Notes under the pieces: model-generated | Told to the model about the DNA's origin: nothing | Database searches by the model: none | Seen by the model: the letters and a program-made list of their open reading frames with translations, nothing else | Shown: positions 34,325-36,391 of the stretch, piece after piece | Numbering within the stretch: position 1 is the first letter of the stretch | Layout: each line of letters opens with the position of its first letter | Virus record (IMG/VR): IMGVR_UViG_3300037434_000013 | Location: 1-36,391 of that record | Reading direction: 5' to 3' (one strand) | DNA: 36,391 bases | Source: a virus | Taxonomy: Duplodnaviria; Caudoviricetes | Translations under genes and position numbers: made by a program

Positions 34325-34747
34325 ATGGCAAATATTAATTCAATCATGGCAAAAGTAGCCCGTAACGCTCAAACTATCGGTTTGACTGTTGCTTCACAAA
34401 CTGCTACTACTGTCGTAATTCAAGACGGTGGAGCAACCCTTACCGTTGGTTACGCTCTAGCATCAATCCAACTTCCACAAGGTGGAGTTGATCCAACTGT
34501 GTCGCCTTTCCTTGGAATCGGCATCGCAAATCCAGGACAACTTACCCTTACTTCTAGCAATTCAGGCGGAACAGTAGCTGACGTTATCGACAGCGCAACT
34601 GCTGCTCAAGTGTTAGCAATGTTAGCGTGGTTCGCAAATGACATCATCCTCGCGGATGCAACAACTCCAATCACCACTACAAACGGCTATGCTCAAGGTA
34701 TTGCACGTATCCGTGGCGATTCAGACATGATCAACATTGGACAGTAA
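34325..34747 (+). CDS. Hypothetical virion (head-associated) protein
   Basis: 140 aa, A/T/G/I-rich, SD TAAGGAG, upstream TGgTATATT (34273-34281), inside the head module. Confidence 0.6.
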   Translation: MANINSIMAKVARNAQTIGLTVASQTATTVVIQDGGATLTVGYALASIQLPQGGVDPTVSPFLGIGIANPGQLTLTSSNSGGTVADVIDSATAAQVLAMLAWFANDIILADATTPITTTNGYAQGIARIRGDSDMINIGQ

Positions 34748-34775
34748 TTGACCGATTGATTAACGAGGAGTTAAC

Positions 34776-35564
34776 ATGAAAGACGAATTAAGAAAAAGCT
34801 TAACAGACCTGATCGATGAAACTCTCCATGAATTGGAAGAGCTTCAAAAGTCACGTTTTGCAGCTTCAGAAATCGACATTAAGGGACCAGGCGAAGGAAT
34901 CGCTGGCAAACCTACTAATGGCGATCTTCATGCAAAAGCTGAAGATAAAGACGAAGATAAAGACGAAGATAAAGACGAAGACGACAAAGACGAGAAGGCT
35001 GAAAAAGCTGAAGGTCAGAACCGTCAAGCAGATCCAGATGGTGGACACCACAAGATGGACAAAGGCGAAGGCCAAAATCGTCAAGCTGATCCAGACGGCG
35101 GACATCACAAGATGGACAAAGCTGAAGATAAAGACGACGACAAAGACGACAAGAAAAAAGACAAAGACGCTAAAGGCGGCGACGAGCACGAGAAGAAAGA
35201 AAAAGACGCTATCGGCAAACTCGCTAACTTGGCAGGCATGAAAAAGTCTCAAGAAGAGCAAGAATCGTTATTCAAAAGCATGGTTGAAGAGAGAGTAAGA
35301 CCTCTTGAAGACAAGCTTTCAACGATCCTAAATCTTGTTAACAAGATTGCAGACCAACCAGTTCAGACTAAGGGAAGTACTTATCGCGCACAACCATTAC
35401 ATAAAAGTAATGATGGTGTAGGTGAGCAGTTGTCTAAAGCTGATGTGGCTTCTAAACTATTTGACTTGAAAAAGTCAGGAACAAAAGTTGACTCTCTGGA
35501 TATCACCAGGGCGGAAATGGGACACGATCTCGCAAAGATCGCAGCCAAATATAATATTTCGTAA
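34776..35564 (+). CDS. Capsid scaffolding-like protein
   Basis: Highly charged D/E/K low-complexity protein directly before the major capsid gene; many [LM]xK[SAG] sites. Confidence 0.7.
   Translation: MKDELRKSLTDLIDETLHELEELQKSRFAASEIDIKGPGEGIAGKPTNGDLHAKAEDKDEDKDEDKDEDDKDEKAEKAEGQNRQADPDGGHHKMDKGEGQNRQADPDGGHHKMDKAEDKDDDKDDKKKDKDAKGGDEHEKKEKDAIGKLANLAGMKKSQEEQESLFKSMVEERVRPLEDKLSTILNLVNKIADQPVQTKGSTYRAQPLHKSNDGVGEQLSKADVASKLFDLKKSGTKVDSLDITRAEMGHDLAKIAAKYNIS
34941..34976 (+). repeat. Tandem 12-bp repeat GAAGATAAAGAC x3 (EDKD)
   Basis: Read directly. Confidence 0.9.
35004..35117 (+). repeat. Tandem 57-bp (19-aa) duplication K[AG]EGQNRQADPDGGHHKMD
   Basis: Copies at 35004-35060 and 35061-35117. 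Confidence 0.9.
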
Positions 35565-35582
35565 TCAAAGGGAGAAACGAAA

Positions 35583-36391
35583 ATGAATGACGCAGTAAAC
35601 TCAATTTTACAAGGCCTAGATCAAGGGCTCGTCTCCGCATCGGATATCGAGTCATTGAACAAAGCTATTACAGCAGGATACGGTGGGGCTGGAAAGCCGA
35701 CCGATCTAACCTATGGTGGAGTGCTACAAGCCGAATCACTAGAGGCAACTCTTAAGTCGATCACCTTCGACATGAAGAACCTCAAGTTTTGGCCAGCTAT
35801 CTCTGTAGACAAAGCTTATAACCTATTCGAACAATACAATCGTTTGATCAGTTATGGTTCTGACAGTGCTCCGTATATCGGAGAAGGTGGAGCTCCTCAA
35901 GAGGAAGATTCTACTTACGTACGTGACGGTCAAAAGATCGTGTTCTTCGGAACTAGACGTCGTGTGTCACACCAAATGACATTAGTTCGTGTTACTGTTG
36001 GCGACATCGTTGCTCAACAAGCTAAAGAAGGTACTATGCATCTTCTTAAGAACATCGAACGTGAAATGTATTGGGGACATGCCCACTTCATGAATCAAGT
36101 AACTGGTAACGAAACCGGTTCTGATGCAGATCTTCCATCTAACAGTATCGCGATGAGCGGTTTGTTAAAACAACTTCAAAAAGGCGACACCGATGCGCAA
36201 ATGCAAGCGGGTGACTTCTTAGGATATGGCGACTCTAGCTCAATCATCACTGATTTAGCTGGTCAAGTTATGGCTCAAGATGACATCGAACGTTTAGCGG
36301 TTATTGCTCTCGAAAACTTCGGTGCTCCTGATCAATTGCACATCGAACCAGCTGCTCTTTCAGCTTTCGTTAAGCAATTTTATCCTCAATT
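35583..36391 (+). CDS. Major capsid protein (SPO1/Twort-like), 3' truncated
   Basis: Translated by hand: MNDAVNSILQG...LNKAITAGYGGAGKPTDLTYGGVLQAESLEATLKSITF...FEQYNR...GEGGAPQEEDSTYVR...IEREMYWG; open to the window end; SD GGGAG. Confidence 0.9.
   Translation, partial: MNDAVNSILQGLDQGLVSASDIESLNKAITAGYGGAGKPTDLTYGGVLQAESLEATLKSITFDMKNLKFWPAISVDKAYNLFEQYNRLISYGSDSAPYIGEGGAPQEEDSTYVRDGQKIVFFGTRRRVSHQMTLVRVTVGDIVAQQAKEGTMHLLKNIEREMYWGHAHFMNQVTGNETGSDADLPSNSIAMSGLLKQLQKGDTDAQMQAGDFLGYGDSSSIITDLAGQVMAQDDIERLAVIALENFGAPDQLHIEPAALSAFVKQFYPQ

Noticed and set aside
34941-35117. CRISPR-like array
   Set aside because: The repeats are in-frame tandem coding repeats without spacers, and no cas genes are present.
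34816-35261. Alternative-frame and antisense ORFs over the scaffold gene (and similar shadow ORFs elsewhere)
   Set aside because: By-products of low-complexity or biased codons within well-supported genes.
1-36391. Genome-wide TAG reassignment (code 15) suggested by the tRNA(CUA)
   Set aside because: Genes tile densely and intact in code 11, including late genes, and no long gene is broken by TAG in this window.

Overview
Segment of a large tailed dsDNA phage genome, almost all on the + strand and read in the standard genetic code. It contains replication/recombination genes (SF2 helicase, DnaE-type polymerase, gp32-like SSB, UvsY-like protein, RecA, SbcC/SbcD-like pair), nucleotide enzymes (dUTPase, dNMP kinase), a GroEL chaperonin, a GH24 lysozyme, four His-Me finger (HNH/EndoVII) endonucleases, and a SPO1/Twort (Herelleviridae)-style head module: terminase, portal, prohead protease, scaffold and the start of the major capsid protein. 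The most unusual part is a ~1.1 kb translation-related cassette at 1568-2636. In order it holds a promoter, an 82-nt CCA-ending tRNA mimic whose anticodon arm is replaced by a 10-bp GNRA-capped hairpin, an amber-interrupted minigene (M-S-UAG-I-T-G-P-P-UAA), a Pth2-like peptidyl-tRNA hydrolase fusion, a GC-rich structured element and an amber-suppressor tRNA(CUA), although the genome shows no sign of TAG recoding. Other highlights are a prohead protease fused to a lytic-transglycosylase-like domain and a copy of the capsid N-arm, a recurrent extended -10 promoter placed exactly for leaderless mRNAs, an unannotated B-box-type zinc-finger microprotein, and a methyltransferase lacking its catalytic motif. 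All calls come from reading motifs by eye; no searches were run.
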